A DNA stretch of 64,000 bases from a virus. Its lineage: Duplodnaviria; Caudoviricetes. The notes under the pieces are model-generated. The model had not been told where the DNA came from. It ran no database searches and worked only from the letters and a program-made list of their open reading frames with translations. The DNA lies in the IMG/VR virus record IMGVR_UViG_3300044656_000123, positions 1-64,000 of that record, one strand, 5' to 3'. Shown piece by piece: positions 38,008 to 49,352 of this stretch (its first letter is position 1; each line of letters begins with the position of its first letter). A program made the translations under genes and the position numbers.

Positions 38008-38649
38008 ATGAATAGCATCAACGTTCAAAACTATATAGAACAGTGCAAGAAGCATGTTAGCCCACGTGCAGACACCCCTATGAAGAAAGAGCTAATGTTT
38101 GCGCTTGGCACTGCCGACGAAGCTGGCGAGGTCGCTGGCGTCATTAAAAAGATCCATTTTCATGAAATGGACGAAGAAGAAGGCCGCGTACGCCTGCTTA
38201 GTGAGGCTGGTGACGTATTCTGGTACTTGTTGCAATTGCTAGACATGTACGGCATTGACTTTTACGAGTGCCTTGAACACAACCTTGAAAAGCTCAACAA
38301 GAGGCATGGTGAAGAATTTAGGCCGGGTTACACTTCTGACACAGTTCAACCCCCTAAACGAAAACTAGTACTTTTGATGGGTTTTTCTGACGACGTTGAC
38401 GCCTACATTGCGGATCGTCTTAAAAACAAAAAGCATGATCGTGAAATATTCCTTGCCCTGGCCTTTAACTACCTTGAGATTCTACGCGGCTTTAACAACG
38501 GCTATGAAACAGTGATCACTGACATTACGCGGGGCGACTCTGTTAGCAACGCTTTTACTGAGCTACAGGCGCGGCAACACTTTGAACACCTCGGAGTGTC
38601 CATTGAAGTAGTCAGACTTGAAAACTCTTCAGCGAATCAGGTAAAATAG
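38008..38649 (+). CDS. MazG-like nucleotide pyrophosphohydrolase with extra C-terminal domain
   Basis: LGTADEAGEVAGVIKK...EAGDVFWY...NLEKLNKRH. Confidence 0.85.
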   Translation: MNSINVQNYIEQCKKHVSPRADTPMKKELMFALGTADEAGEVAGVIKKIHFHEMDEEEGRVRLLSEAGDVFWYLLQLLDMYGIDFYECLEHNLEKLNKRHGEEFRPGYTSDTVQPPKRKLVLLMGFSDDVDAYIADRLKNKKHDREIFLALAFNYLEILRGFNNGYETVITDITRGDSVSNAFTELQARQHFEHLGVSIEVVRLENSSANQVK

Positions 38650-38752
38650 CCTGACCGAAGCCCATTTAAACAGCACCGTAGCGCTACGGTGCTGTTTTTA
38701 GTATCTTGAGTTTTCATTGTTGGCGTAGTAACATGTCATATTACGATATTTT

Positions 38753-39340
38753 ATGGAGGAACGATCAATGATTGTCACAACTGACAATGAAGTTTGGTAC
38801 AATACCCTAGTTATGGAGCATGAACGCAACGCAAACTTTGCACCTGAGAACTCAGGCACTAGGAAAGCTGAAAGCGTCATCGTTGACGAACTAAAGCAAA
38901 TGCAATATGATCGTTCTTTGCGTTTTACCGAGAAACAAGCGTTAACGCTACTGTGCGCAAGGCTTGCGGCGCGTCTGCACACACTACGGGAATCTACATC
39001 ATTTCAGAGTGAAAAACGAACGGTGTACTATCGCTTCCTTGCCACGCACGCAAAGATCAAGCGCGAAACACCTACGTCAATTTTTCACGCGGTACAAGAA
39101 TATGTGTATAATGGGCATCAAGTAACGCCAATGCAGTGCTTTTGCTTTGGCATGTTTGTTGAGTACTGTGCAAACGGCTACGACTACCGGGAAATACAAG
39201 CGTTTGTCACGCAGACGACTATGCGCGAGTGGATTATCAGACACATTGATTATTACGAAACAATAGGCAATAGGATTACGTATCAAAATCGTCAAGAGGC
39301 TATAGATGCCTTTATTTACATTTTAGGGCTATTTCATTGA
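38753..39340 (+). CDS. Hypothetical protein
   Basis: 195-aa ORF. Confidence 0.55.
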   Translation: MEERSMIVTTDNEVWYNTLVMEHERNANFAPENSGTRKAESVIVDELKQMQYDRSLRFTEKQALTLLCARLAARLHTLRESTSFQSEKRTVYYRFLATHAKIKRETPTSIFHAVQEYVYNGHQVTPMQCFCFGMFVEYCANGYDYREIQAFVTQTTMREWIIRHIDYYETIGNRITYQNRQEAIDAFIYILGLFH

Positions 39341-39885
39341 TTTTACTTCCTGAAAATGACCCGGCTAACGGGCATTGGCTGAACCTGTATAACTCTGCGG
39401 TGTTTCTCACAAAAAGTCTGCCAAGAGAAAATGGCATGACGTATGCGATGCAGCATCTTTTAGATGAGGTGCGCGAGATACACAATGATGAGATAGTGTT
39501 TCAACTGCGTGAAATACGTCCGTACTTTGCTGCTATCGTAGTGAAAGCATTGCAAGAGACCAAAGGGGACAGCGTATATTTTCAGGGGATACAACACGGT
39601 TACTTTCTTTTACACATCGGTTTGCGTTACCACCAGCAAGATTCTTTGCTTGCGGTCTTAAGGCTGGTAACGCAAGCCCATAGTCACCAGCTTGGTGCAA
39701 CCGTGTATCGTGATGTGCTCGGATATATCAGAGATGATATCAGAAAACAGCGTCATGCCTCTCTAGACGCTCTACGAAACGATATCTTGCATTATTTTGA
39801 CCGTATACGCCGATCCTCGTTAAAAACAAAAGAAAAGCAGCAGACGTTACTCGCCTGCTGCCATGTACTTCACTGTTTCCACTAG
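39337..39885 (+). CDS. Hypothetical protein
   Basis: TTGA overlap with the upstream stop. Confidence 0.55.
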   Translation: MILLPENDPANGHWLNLYNSAVFLTKSLPRENGMTYAMQHLLDEVREIHNDEIVFQLREIRPYFAAIVVKALQETKGDSVYFQGIQHGYFLLHIGLRYHQQDSLLAVLRLVTQAHSHQLGATVYRDVLGYIRDDIRKQRHASLDALRNDILHYFDRIRRSSLKTKEKQQTLLACCHVLHCFH

Positions 39886-40829
39886 ACCGTTTTGACTACC
39901 TGTGCTGGCTCATCATCATCAAAACCATCAACAACGGTGTATCCTAGCTCTGTAATCTGAGCCTTGACAGTGTTGGCGGCTCCCCATAACTCCTGATAGC
40001 GCAGATTGTTGTAAACGTTCACCAAGTTATGCGCGGCTGTTTCCGGGTCGCCTTCGTTGCTAAACTCCTTTGCCTTGTTAAGAAGCTCTTGCGCCGGATC
40101 TGCGGCCTGCTTTAATTCTTCCTGCATTTCGAGTGCGCGGCCTGCTGAGATGCTAAGACTGCTCATAGCCATTGCAGGGCTATCATCATGCGTGTAGGTA
40201 CGTCTTAGGTGCTCTGCGGCACGCTTAGCCTGATACATGGCGTGCTCAGCAAAGCTTGTATGTAAAACGTCCGAAGCCTGTACACAAGCTTTGCTCCAAT
40301 CAGATTTAGCCCACGCCTCTTGTAGCTCCTGCAAAGCCGTTGCGCTGATTCTGTCATTTACGCCAAGCTGTTCGTACTTTTCAGCGATTAAGCGGTCTGT
40401 CTGCGTGTCAAGGTTTGTGTCAAAGATCTGAGACAGGTTTTTTGGCCTGTAGCCACGATCCATGACCATCTCATTGAGAATGCGAAAATGATGCATCAAC
40501 TTATTGTACCGATCAGAGCCGATGTCAAAACAATTCATGATTGCCCACACGTGGCCGCGCATGGTCTCAAGCGCCTCTACTTGCTCTTTCGTAGTAGGCA
40601 AAATGTTGATGTAGCTGGTGCGTTTCATGAAGCCGACAGAGCTAAGCGGGTTAACCAGATGAACGCCCAAATTAATGACTGGGATAGCGCTGGTGATCCA
40701 TGTAATATCATCGCTAAGTGCCGGGTTGACTTCAAACCAATAGCCCCCGATATGCCTAACCGCGTACTGCCCTTTTAGCGTGTTTACTAGCTCTTCATCG
40801 TCAATCCAGTATGTTTTACCTTGTATCAT
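39882..40829 (-). CDS. Hypothetical protein
   Basis: Start MIQGK with AGGAG RBS; class 2 promoter at 40867-40895 on the minus strand. Confidence 0.65.
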   Translation of the reverse strand: MIQGKTYWIDDEELVNTLKGQYAVRHIGGYWFEVNPALSDDITWITSAIPVINLGVHLVNPLSSVGFMKRTSYINILPTTKEQVEALETMRGHVWAIMNCFDIGSDRYNKLMHHFRILNEMVMDRGYRPKNLSQIFDTNLDTQTDRLIAEKYEQLGVNDRISATALQELQEAWAKSDWSKACVQASDVLHTSFAEHAMYQAKRAAEHLRRTYTHDDSPAMAMSSLSISAGRALEMQEELKQAADPAQELLNKAKEFSNEGDPETAAHNLVNVYNNLRYQELWGAANTVKAQITELGYTVVDGFDDDEPAQVVKTV

Positions 40830-40866
40830 TAACAAGCTCCTTTTGTTGTGGTTATTGTATAGGACA

Positions 40867-40928
40867 TTTGTAACATAAAAATTACATGGTGTCAAGGTAT
40901 TGACATGCGAGTAAGCATGTGTTAAAAT
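40867..40928. promoter_or_regulatory. Back-to-back promoters: class 2 (minus) and class 1-like (plus)
   Basis: Minus TTGACA CCATGTAATTTTTATGT TACAAA; plus TTGACA TGCGAGTAAGCATGTGT TAAAAT. Confidence 0.7.
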
Positions 40929-40960
40929 GATTTTACCACAAACAAGTAAGGAGTCAAGCG

Positions 40961-41377
40961 ATGGCAACAGGGTTTAATATTGATAATCCGGTCAAAATCG
41001 TTGAAGATGGCGACAAATTTGACGGGCTGCAAGGCACTGTCAAAGGCCACGATACTAACGGTGATTATTGGGTGCAGGTGCAGGGCTATGAGGGCTGTTA
41101 CCGCTTTCCGCAAGAGAGCCTAAAACTAAACATTGTCAGCAATGTGCTTGAGATTGTCATTGAAAAGTACTACGACCTTCCTAGAAACCTAGACTGTGTA
41201 CTTAAAGAAACAAAAGCGCTGAACCACGTCATGACAGATCACTTTACGATATTAAAATTTGACCTACAGCAAAAACTCTGGAAAGAGCTAGACAATGAGC
41301 TAGCCGCCTCTAAGAGAGACGGTGACATCATTGACTACAAGGTTACGTACTGGTCTATTAGCCCTGATGTGTCATGA
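40961..41377 (+). CDS. Hypothetical protein with KOW-like N-terminus
   Basis: FNIDNPVKIV...GLQGTVKG. Confidence 0.6.
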   Translation: MATGFNIDNPVKIVEDGDKFDGLQGTVKGHDTNGDYWVQVQGYEGCYRFPQESLKLNIVSNVLEIVIEKYYDLPRNLDCVLKETKALNHVMTDHFTILKFDLQQKLWKELDNELAASKRDGDIIDYKVTYWSISPDVS

Positions 41378-41387
41378 GGAAGCGTTA

Positions 41388-43511
41388 ATGAATATTGTTA
41401 TAACGCCGCTCCGAGACGCAAAGCAAGAGGCATTTGCTGCCATGAATACGGCATGTCGTGGACATTTAAGAGCCAGGGCGATAGCCGGGGAATTGCTTAG
41501 TAATGCCTTCTTTGGCCGCGCCGCAAGCGACGTAGCCGAGGTGGTAAAGGCAGAGGCAGACAAGTACGGGGCGCTATGGTTTTGCCAGCATGTACACGGC
41601 GTTGAACTAGGTGAACTTATAGAAACAGGGGTCATAGGTTATTGTCTCTACATGGCCTATGATGCTATTGTAGAGGTGCAACATGATCTTGACAAAGCAG
41701 GAAGCGGCTAGATTGCCATTGCCTTTTCTCTCAGGCGGCATGCTCTTCATGGCAGGATTGCTATTCTGGACAGAATATACGTTCAGAACGGACTACATGT
41801 TTTTTATGTTGGGCGCATTCTGCCTGTATGGGTCACAATTCCCGATTCGATCAGGTTTAATTATATTGGAGGCGTATGAATCCAAATACAGTACTTATGC
41901 TCTTTGGGACTTACTTAAGCATCAATAAGTTCCTTGACGATTTTAGCAACTGGACAATGTACCAGACCGACCACTACAACGGTGACTACAAAAACGTCTT
42001 TGCACATGGAGAACATCAAATCATCTCCTTTTGCGTTGTTTTGCGTGATACGAAGTTCATGCGCATAGACGAAGCAGCTACCAGACATGGCGTTGCTTAT
42101 TGCGGCCTTGACGGTACGCTAGGGCATGTGGCACCTTCCAACACAATGCGTATGACAACGCAAAAGGCTGTAACAGACGCATTGATTAAGCTAGGTGCGT
42201 TGTGATCGAAATATTGTGCTCAGGCTATCCCGGTCTTATTGATGAAGAGTTTTGTAAGTTCATGACCATGCAGCTTAACGATGGTCAGACGCATCGTATG
42301 GTACGGTGGTTAGACACTGGCAATAGTAACCATTTAGTGTACTATCTGCTGAACGAGGACATAGCCGCCAACATCGAAGCTATAAAGCGCTGGTGTGGCA
42401 ATAATATGCGACACATCGAGCGAGTACAAATAGGATACGGGCATAGTGGGCGACTTACTACGTGACATTAATCAAGCCGTAAAAGACGCCTTTGCATTGA
42501 TACCCCGCGCTATGATGGCAGTCTTAGACATAGCTGTTGAGTGGTGGGGTATCATCGTATTTCTTGGCTTTATTTTCGGCGTAGTCTTATGGGTTGCGTT
42601 CAAATGACAGAGTTTACAGGTCATGATTGGCCTTATGAGCCGTTAGAGCAGCAGAGAAAGGCGCTAAAGGATGGAGAGTACCATATCTTGCTTGCAGGCG
42701 AAATCTACGACGTTGACGCGATACACGCGATTATCACAACACTATCATTCTTGCAACGATACGGAAGGCCATTTCACCGTCTCTATAAATTGGTCAGGCA
42801 TCGGCCTAGCTCAGTTAGTAGTGTCATCAGGTGCGAGATCCCGTTTAAGCATCAATCATTTACAGTCTCATCGCATCGAATTGCGATGCTCCGCATGCTG
42901 TTGGAGCACTGTAGCGATAGCACCTTATATGAGATAACACACTGTAAAAATGGTGAGTTGATCAGTGAAAAGAACTTTCCTGAGTACGAGCCAGGGGCCT
43001 TAAATGCTACGCTGGAAGCCGCGCTAAAAGAACGAGGTTGGGTAGAGCCAACAGGCAAGCCGTTTTACGACACAATAGAACAATGGCAGGAGCGTAAGAA
43101 GCTAGGCAAGAAAGCCCCGGTGTTGTCGATACACCGATTTTACGATGAACTAGCACACCTATGGAGGAAGAAGCGATGAATGAATACCGCAAACAGGACC
43201 TAGAAGAAAGGCATCGGCTAGGCAGAGCAGAGTACAAGCGTCGGCTTGAAGCGTTAAAGATTGTTACTGACGATATACAAGAAACGAGAGTAGCCCTAGC
43301 GCGTGTATGGCTGGCTGAGCACTATCCTGACGAAGATGTTACCGTAACAGCATCACCGTCGTCTCTGGAAAACATTGCGCTAGGCTTCCACATAGATCAC
43401 AAAGTATACGCATACCGTGTCGGGGGTCCTGAGACTGCACAGATAGCGCGTGAGCTAGTTGATTACTTCAACACCATCGGCGGATTTAACTTTATGTTTT
43501 CCCGTATCTAA
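41388..43511 (+). other. Run of six small co-oriented hypothetical ORFs (41388-41711, 41683-41928, 41876-42205, 42202-42465, 42604-43179, 43161-43511)
   Basis: Tightly packed or overlapping ORFs typical of phage early regions. Confidence 0.55.
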
Positions 43512-43563
43512 GCAAAGCCCGGTAGAAAACTCATACCGGGCTAATATTTTGCCTAAAACCCTA

Positions 43564-43592
43564 TTGACATATGCGTATTAGCATGGTATATT
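43564..43592 (+). promoter_or_regulatory. Class 1 promoter
   Basis: TTGACA TATGCGTATTAGCATGG TATATT. Confidence 0.8.
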
Positions 43593-44568
43593 TAATCCAT
43601 CAAGGCGAAGGGAGAAAGAACGATGAACGAAATGCAAGCGATGCTTGAACACTTGGCAGGGCTAAGAGGCAGGCCGCGCAATCAACACACTGAGGCCGCG
43701 TTAAAGGAGCTTGAAGAGTCTATGCATGCATGGCCTGAGCCGTACAGTGACAAAGAGATTGAACATATTCTTGCTGACCGACGTATAGCCGCGCTGCTAG
43801 TGCTGTTATGTCCACCTGAGTACAAAGACCGCGTTACAAAGATTGCTCAGGCGTACAGTGACGGTAATCACTGGCAATACTACTAGGGGAGAACAGCGAT
43901 GAACGAAGTTACCACAACGCTGTTTCTCATCCCGGCGACGATCTTTACAGTATGTATAGCGGCTGTCCTGTTTCTTGCTCCGAGAAAATGACAGTCAATC
44001 TATGGATTGTGGCGATAAGCATAGTTATTGCATTGTTGATGTGCTGGTTACTAGAAAGGTCTTAGTTATGAATCCGCAAGAAATAGCCGCGCAAGCGGTA
44101 CGCTATTGCAATGCTATGGACGCTTACGAGGCCCGTGAAGCCTATCTACGCAAGTTAGCGTTTTCGACGCTCCGGGGCATGGTGGTACGCATTGCGCAAG
44201 GCGATGAGGACTATGTACAAAGCGTCACAACGCAGCCGAAAAGTGGCCTTGTTGCTACGCTGGTAGAGTTTGAGTGTGGCGGCGCGGTGCAAGAGGCTGA
44301 AGAACTGCTAAAAACAATGGGTGTAGACGTAGAACAGCTTGAAGAAATAAGGAGAGCAGGTAAAAATGAGAGAGATTGAACAATATTACAGTTACCTTGT
44401 GATGCCAGAGGACCGGGACCCTAGTGAGGACCTTAAAAAGGCAAATATGATAGCTGTCATTGGACTACGCTGCTATCAGAGCTAGCGCGGCGCGGCGTCG
44501 TACCGGAAGGTGAGTATATTGTAGAAGTTTGTTGGTAGTCTAGTCGCAAAGTAAGGAGAATAAGGCAC

Positions 44569-45306
44569 ATGGCTGAGCAAATTAAAGAGACGCACGATCA
44601 GAAACTTGAACGTTACAAGAAGAAGATTAAGGCCCTGCTAGAACTAGCTAAAAGTTCTAATCAGGAAGAGGCCGCAAGTGCTAGCGCTAAAGCGATGCAG
44701 CTATGTATGCAATTTAACATAGACGTAGCAGAGGCCGGGGAATGGACAGCAGACAGCTACGATACCCTAGACATCAAGATAGGGCGCGATAAATGGAAGC
44801 GCTTGCTGCTTGATGGGCTATGCAAGTACAACTTTTGTCGCCGCTTCTACCAAGCACGCTACGCACGTGCCTACATTGTAGGCGAGAAAGACAACCGTGA
44901 ATTAGTAGAGCTTATGGTGTACAGCCTGATCAAGAGCCTAGAGGAGATGGCTAAAGAGGCGTACAAAAACTATGGCGTGGGCCATGCGCGTCACTGGAAA
45001 GATGAGTATTATACAGGTGCAACAGCAGCAATATGGGACCGCTTAGAGAAGGAAAGGGGAGCAGTTGAGCATGCCGCGCAAATTGAAGCCGCTTCGCCAG
45101 CAGGGACCGGGCTAGCTACGCAAACGATGGCTCTAATTGTTGTAAAAAATGACGCGCTAGAAGAGGCGTGCAATCGCATTGTCAAGAACGTTAGAAAAGA
45201 GCCAAAGAAGCGCTACAAGTTTGATACTGGTGCGTTTCACCGTGGTTATGAGGACGGTAAAAATGTAGCGATGACAAACCGCAAACAGATCGGAGCAGCA
45301 AGCTAA
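44569..45306 (+). CDS. DUF2786-like N-terminal domain protein
   Basis: KIKALLELAKSSNQEEAASASAKAMQL...NI; ends GYEDG. Confidence 0.75.
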   Translation: MAEQIKETHDQKLERYKKKIKALLELAKSSNQEEAASASAKAMQLCMQFNIDVAEAGEWTADSYDTLDIKIGRDKWKRLLLDGLCKYNFCRRFYQARYARAYIVGEKDNRELVELMVYSLIKSLEEMAKEAYKNYGVGHARHWKDEYYTGATAAIWDRLEKERGAVEHAAQIEAASPAGTGLATQTMALIVVKNDALEEACNRIVKNVRKEPKKRYKFDTGAFHRGYEDGKNVAMTNRKQIGAAS

Positions 45307-45677
45307 TGCAAATGCTAATATTAACGGACGATGAAGCGACAGAGCTACGCCTTTCACTTAGAAGCTCTATGCTCAACACGGAAAGCTCAATAAACTTGCT
45401 AGGTGAACTTATGTCGCCCGGTGTCATGGAAGTGTGGAAACACAGTCAAGAGCTACGCCAAACGATACTAGACAAGCTAGACGGGAAAGTACCAACGGTC
45501 CCCATGACACCGCAAGTAGCCGCGTACCTGAAAGACAGGCTACGCAAGCTTCGAGACTTGCGCGGAATTGACTTTGAGACAGCAAAGCTAAATTTCAGGC
45601 AGGAGCTTTCTGCGTTCGGTCTTGATGTGCTGTCCGACGAAAACGAGGATTATTACGGCGTAGGGCTAGGAGAGTAA
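45306..45677 (+). CDS. Hypothetical protein
   Basis: TAATG coupling to the upstream gene. Confidence 0.55.
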   Translation: MQMLILTDDEATELRLSLRSSMLNTESSINLLGELMSPGVMEVWKHSQELRQTILDKLDGKVPTVPMTPQVAAYLKDRLRKLRDLRGIDFETAKLNFRQELSAFGLDVLSDENEDYYGVGLGE

Positions 45678-45745
45678 CCCGGCGCGGTCTTTGGCAAAAC
45701 CTGTACAAAATTTTGTACAGGTTTTTTATTGTCAAAAATTAGGTA

Positions 45746-45774
45746 TTGACATATGCGTAAAGACATGTTATATT
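45746..45774 (+). promoter_or_regulatory. Class 1 promoter
   Basis: TTGACA TATGCGTAAAGACATGT TATATT. Confidence 0.8.
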
Positions 45775-45809
45775 GTTCACAGATCAAACAACGCAAGGAG
45801 TTATGAGAA

Positions 45810-46442
45810 ATGGACACAGTAAGAATCTACGGGACAGACCGGGAAGTAAACGCGGTCAACGCTATCTTGAAAAGAGCGCCGCTTGACGCTGATTGGTACT
45901 TTCAATGTAGCGGTAAAGACATCTGGTATCACGTTTTCCCGGCTTCCGACCTTATAAACGATGTAAACCTAGTTGCCGCGCTTTCTCATCTTTACCCGCT
46001 TATGCTGTATCGCTTCTATGATGGTGACAACCTGATGCAAGGCAGGCGGGCCGGGATAAACAGCGACGACTACACCAACTACAACAATAGCCGTAACTGG
46101 AATCTGCACGACATTTTGCGCCGTAATTACTCGCTAGGCTATAACCTATATCCGATGGACATGCGGTGTAACCTTACGGCGGCTTACCACAACCTAGCAG
46201 CAACGATCTATAAAGCGATGGCAAATGAAGCCCTGATCGTTGAAGAGGCCATAGTACGCGAATCCTCGCTTGCACCTTCTGAAGAGGAATACCCTATTAT
46301 TAACGCACGTCAATGGCTTGCGGCGCGGCGTCACGACTTCATCAAGGCTCAGAACAAGACCGACGATCTACGCCAACGCGTGACCTTGATTAGCGCGGTT
46401 ATTACAATGATTGACGAACACATAAAGGGCAACAGAGCATGA
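45810..46442 (+). CDS. Hypothetical protein
   Basis: AAGGAG RBS. Confidence 0.6.
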   Translation: MDTVRIYGTDREVNAVNAILKRAPLDADWYFQCSGKDIWYHVFPASDLINDVNLVAALSHLYPLMLYRFYDGDNLMQGRRAGINSDDYTNYNNSRNWNLHDILRRNYSLGYNLYPMDMRCNLTAAYHNLAATIYKAMANEALIVEEAIVRESSLAPSEEEYPIINARQWLAARRHDFIKAQNKTDDLRQRVTLISAVITMIDEHIKGNRA

Positions 46443-46852
46443 TAAACGAGGAAAGTTTAAAGACCCGCGTGCTAGAAAGACGCATAGAAGCACACTGTAA
46501 ATTGCCCCTTGCCCCGGAATTAGCTCAGCAATTTAAAGATGCGTACGAGCACATCAACAGAGCAACGTACTGGCAAGAGGATTCTCACCCCTGGCAAGAG
46601 ACCGGGCGCTATGTACGATCTTTGTCAAACGGTGCTTTAAAATCGTTTCTTGTCATGCAGATACGCGAAATACAGCGCATGATACCAGATGATTTCATTG
46701 ACTTTCTTGAAGCTGATAACACGACACTCAGAAACGAGATACTAAACCGCGTTGGCGCTGAAATGCAGCAATACAACTACATCGGCCTTTTGCTTGAAGA
46801 AATTGAGTTGTTAAGATCGACAGTTAGAAAATTTGAGGGAGAACAATCATGA
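46439..46852 (+). CDS. Hypothetical protein, paralog of the N-terminus of the next gene
   Basis: WQEDSHPWQ...LEADNTTLRNE versus WDESAKPWQ...IEVENDRLRKE. Confidence 0.6.
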   Translation: MINEESLKTRVLERRIEAHCKLPLAPELAQQFKDAYEHINRATYWQEDSHPWQETGRYVRSLSNGALKSFLVMQIREIQRMIPDDFIDFLEADNTTLRNEILNRVGAEMQQYNYIGLLLEEIELLRSTVRKFEGEQS

Positions 46853-47583
46853 CAATTTCACGCATCGAGCATTACAGAGTCTTGCTTCTGATCACAGAGA
46901 TAACAAAGTTTAAAGATGGTTTTTATGGGAGCGATACAACACCAGCAACCAAAGAGCTAGACACGTTTCTCACCTACCTTGAGTTGCTTACGATGTGGGA
47001 TGAATCCGCTAAGCCCTGGCAACAAGCCGTGTTACTGGCAAACAGCAAAACAGACGGTAAAACGTACACCTACCTCATGAACACTTTACGCCGGGTTGAA
47101 GAGGCCGATGAAGCCACGATCTTTACGGTGATTGAAGTAGAAAACGACAGGCTACGCAAGGAAGTGCAGAAGGCCGCTATCATAGACAGGGACCGCATTG
47201 AACGCATTAAGGAGCTTCTTGACGAAAACAAGGAGTTAAACAGGCAGATCGAAGGTCTACGCGCCACAAACGATGATTTGATTGCAGAGGCAAGCGACAA
47301 CGAAGAAAGTCTAGCAGATGCCAGTGAAGAAGTTACGTCACTTGAAAACAAGGTAAATGACCTAGAGGACCGAATACAGGACCTAGAGGATGATTTGACG
47401 CAAGCAAAGAACGATCTAGAGGACATGGCTGCTGAACGCGATGAGTACAGGCGTGAATTGCGGCTTGCCAATGACGAACTAGACGAAGTTAAGGCCGAAT
47501 TAAGCCAAGCAAAAGATGATTATAGAAACGCGCTAGACGACGCTGAAGATCTTAGAGACAAGCTAGAACAGCACCAAATGTAA
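46849..47583 (+). CDS. Long acidic coiled-coil protein
   Basis: Continuous heptads over the C-terminal ~130 aa. Confidence 0.7.
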   Translation: MTISRIEHYRVLLLITEITKFKDGFYGSDTTPATKELDTFLTYLELLTMWDESAKPWQQAVLLANSKTDGKTYTYLMNTLRRVEEADEATIFTVIEVENDRLRKEVQKAAIIDRDRIERIKELLDENKELNRQIEGLRATNDDLIAEASDNEESLADASEEVTSLENKVNDLEDRIQDLEDDLTQAKNDLEDMAAERDEYRRELRLANDELDEVKAELSQAKDDYRNALDDAEDLRDKLEQHQM

Positions 47584-47613
47584 AACGGGTTTTAAAATTG
47601 TCATAAATACCCC

Positions 47614-47642
47614 TTGACATATGCGTAAAAGCATGGTAAATT
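47614..47642 (+). promoter_or_regulatory. Class 1 promoter
   Basis: TTGACA TATGCGTAAAAGCATGG TAAATT. Confidence 0.75.
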
Positions 47643-47696
47643 ATTGACAACGAAGCGATACAAAAAAACGAACGCAGAAAGTAAGGAGTAAGAAAC

Positions 47697-48722
47697 ATGG
47701 TTCAGTTTATTAAAAAGACAAAGACAAGCAGTGCTCAGGTGATTTTTGACAAAGAGACACTAGATAGCTTGCGAGCTACGTTTAGCGAAAAATACTTCGA
47801 TCTTAAGCTTGAACATAAAATATGGTCTCTGCCAGTGGCTTTCGGCTCTTGTCTCACCTGTCGCATGAATAGCCGCGTTATAAAGTTCGTCTACCACGAC
47901 ACGGCTATCGTGACATGGAACGAGGACAAAACGATCACACTCAACACCGGGGGCTTTATCAGCAATGCCACAAAAGAAAAATTAAACTTTGCACTTTCCG
48001 GTCACGGCTTCGTACAAACTGCGTGGGATGGCTCAGGACAATGGACGTTGCACCTTGTTGATACGTGGAAGCCATTGCAGGAGAACGGGCGACCTCACTA
48101 CCTGCCTTCGATCAAGCTCTATGATGGCCTGACATTTGAAGAGGATAATCATACAATCATCAGCACAGAGCCGCGCATTGACAAAGACACCTATGTAGAC
48201 CTCTTTGCACTGTACAAGGAGCTAGGTGGTAGGGGCCGCGCCGCCAACGCTCATGATGGTGTTAGCCTTGCTGAGTATGACAAGCTTATAGATCGTCTTG
48301 TCAAGCAGTACTGTGAGCTTGTCATAACCTGGGAGAACTTAGACCGCTACAACAATAACCACGCTGATTGTCATGTCTGTGATGAGTGGGAAGAAATTAT
48401 TGATCGTGGTCTAGATGAGGGTGTTATTAAACCTGCTGGACGATCAGGGACCATTAAAGAGCAGTGCTTAGGTTTACTGCGTACGCACGATGCACGTCAA
48501 GACGATGAGGACCGTGACCACCTGTTACAACACGTCAAACAAGGCAAGTTTAACAGCAGCATCGTATGGATAGCCTTGAAGATAGCACAGTTAAACCCTG
48601 TCTATTACATGCATCACAGCACATCGGAATACTACGCAGAAAGAAACCTTAAAACTATGCGACACTACACCGGGCGCATGTTACGCCGCATGCTGCATAA
48701 AGGCGTTGTCAACGTAGCATAG
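47697..48722 (+). CDS. Hypothetical phage protein
   Basis: YHDTAIV....ITLNTGG...TKEKLN pattern resembles a common phage early-protein family. Confidence 0.65.
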   Translation: MVQFIKKTKTSSAQVIFDKETLDSLRATFSEKYFDLKLEHKIWSLPVAFGSCLTCRMNSRVIKFVYHDTAIVTWNEDKTITLNTGGFISNATKEKLNFALSGHGFVQTAWDGSGQWTLHLVDTWKPLQENGRPHYLPSIKLYDGLTFEEDNHTIISTEPRIDKDTYVDLFALYKELGGRGRAANAHDGVSLAEYDKLIDRLVKQYCELVITWENLDRYNNNHADCHVCDEWEEIIDRGLDEGVIKPAGRSGTIKEQCLGLLRTHDARQDDEDRDHLLQHVKQGKFNSSIVWIALKIAQLNPVYYMHHSTSEYYAERNLKTMRHYTGRMLRRMLHKGVVNVA

Positions 48723-48786
48723 CTCTATCATCTAACGTCAATTCGGCGCGGCTTTAACACCGCGCCTCACAAGGAGAATACACAAT

Positions 48787-49134
48787 ATGGCATATCAGAC
48801 CGTGTTAAATACACAGCAGATCGAAGATACAAAACGTCTAATAGGTGAGCACACTGATATTATCACCGGATTTTTCACCAACGACAACAACGCTTTTAGC
48901 GCGGCTTTACGCATACTAGACCGCGCCGCGCCAACAAAAGACCCTGATATAGCAATAACCGCGCTGAAAGCCTACGTTTCTGATCGCATCGGCCTTGCAA
49001 TCAATCAGAACCATGATAAAACGCTAGCGTGCAACTTCACGCAGACCGGGTTAAACCTCGTAGATTGGTACGCAGTGCTCAGCATTTTGCAGGAGATAAA
49101 AGACGCTAAAGACTTAGATCAACAACCGTTTTAA
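48787..49134 (+). CDS. Hypothetical protein
   Basis: AAGGAG RBS. Confidence 0.6.
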   Translation: MAYQTVLNTQQIEDTKRLIGEHTDIITGFFTNDNNAFSAALRILDRAAPTKDPDIAITALKAYVSDRIGLAINQNHDKTLACNFTQTGLNLVDWYAVLSILQEIKDAKDLDQQPF

Positions 49135-49323
49135 GCCGCGCCGTTAACCTTAAATCACTTCTGTAAATGGTTATTTACGGAAGTGATTTTTTATTTGGTT
49201 GTAATTAAACCGCCATTTAATTAACCATTTATTACCGTTAATGCCCGTAATATAGGGTAATTAAATAGAAATTTTCTTACCCTATTCAATTTTACCAGTT
49301 TTTAAATTATCATAAATTAGGTA

Positions 49324-49352
49324 TTGACATATGTGTAAAAGCATGCTAATAT
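49324..49352 (+). promoter_or_regulatory. Class 1 promoter
   Basis: TTGACA TATGTGTAAAAGCATGC TAATAT. Confidence 0.75.
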
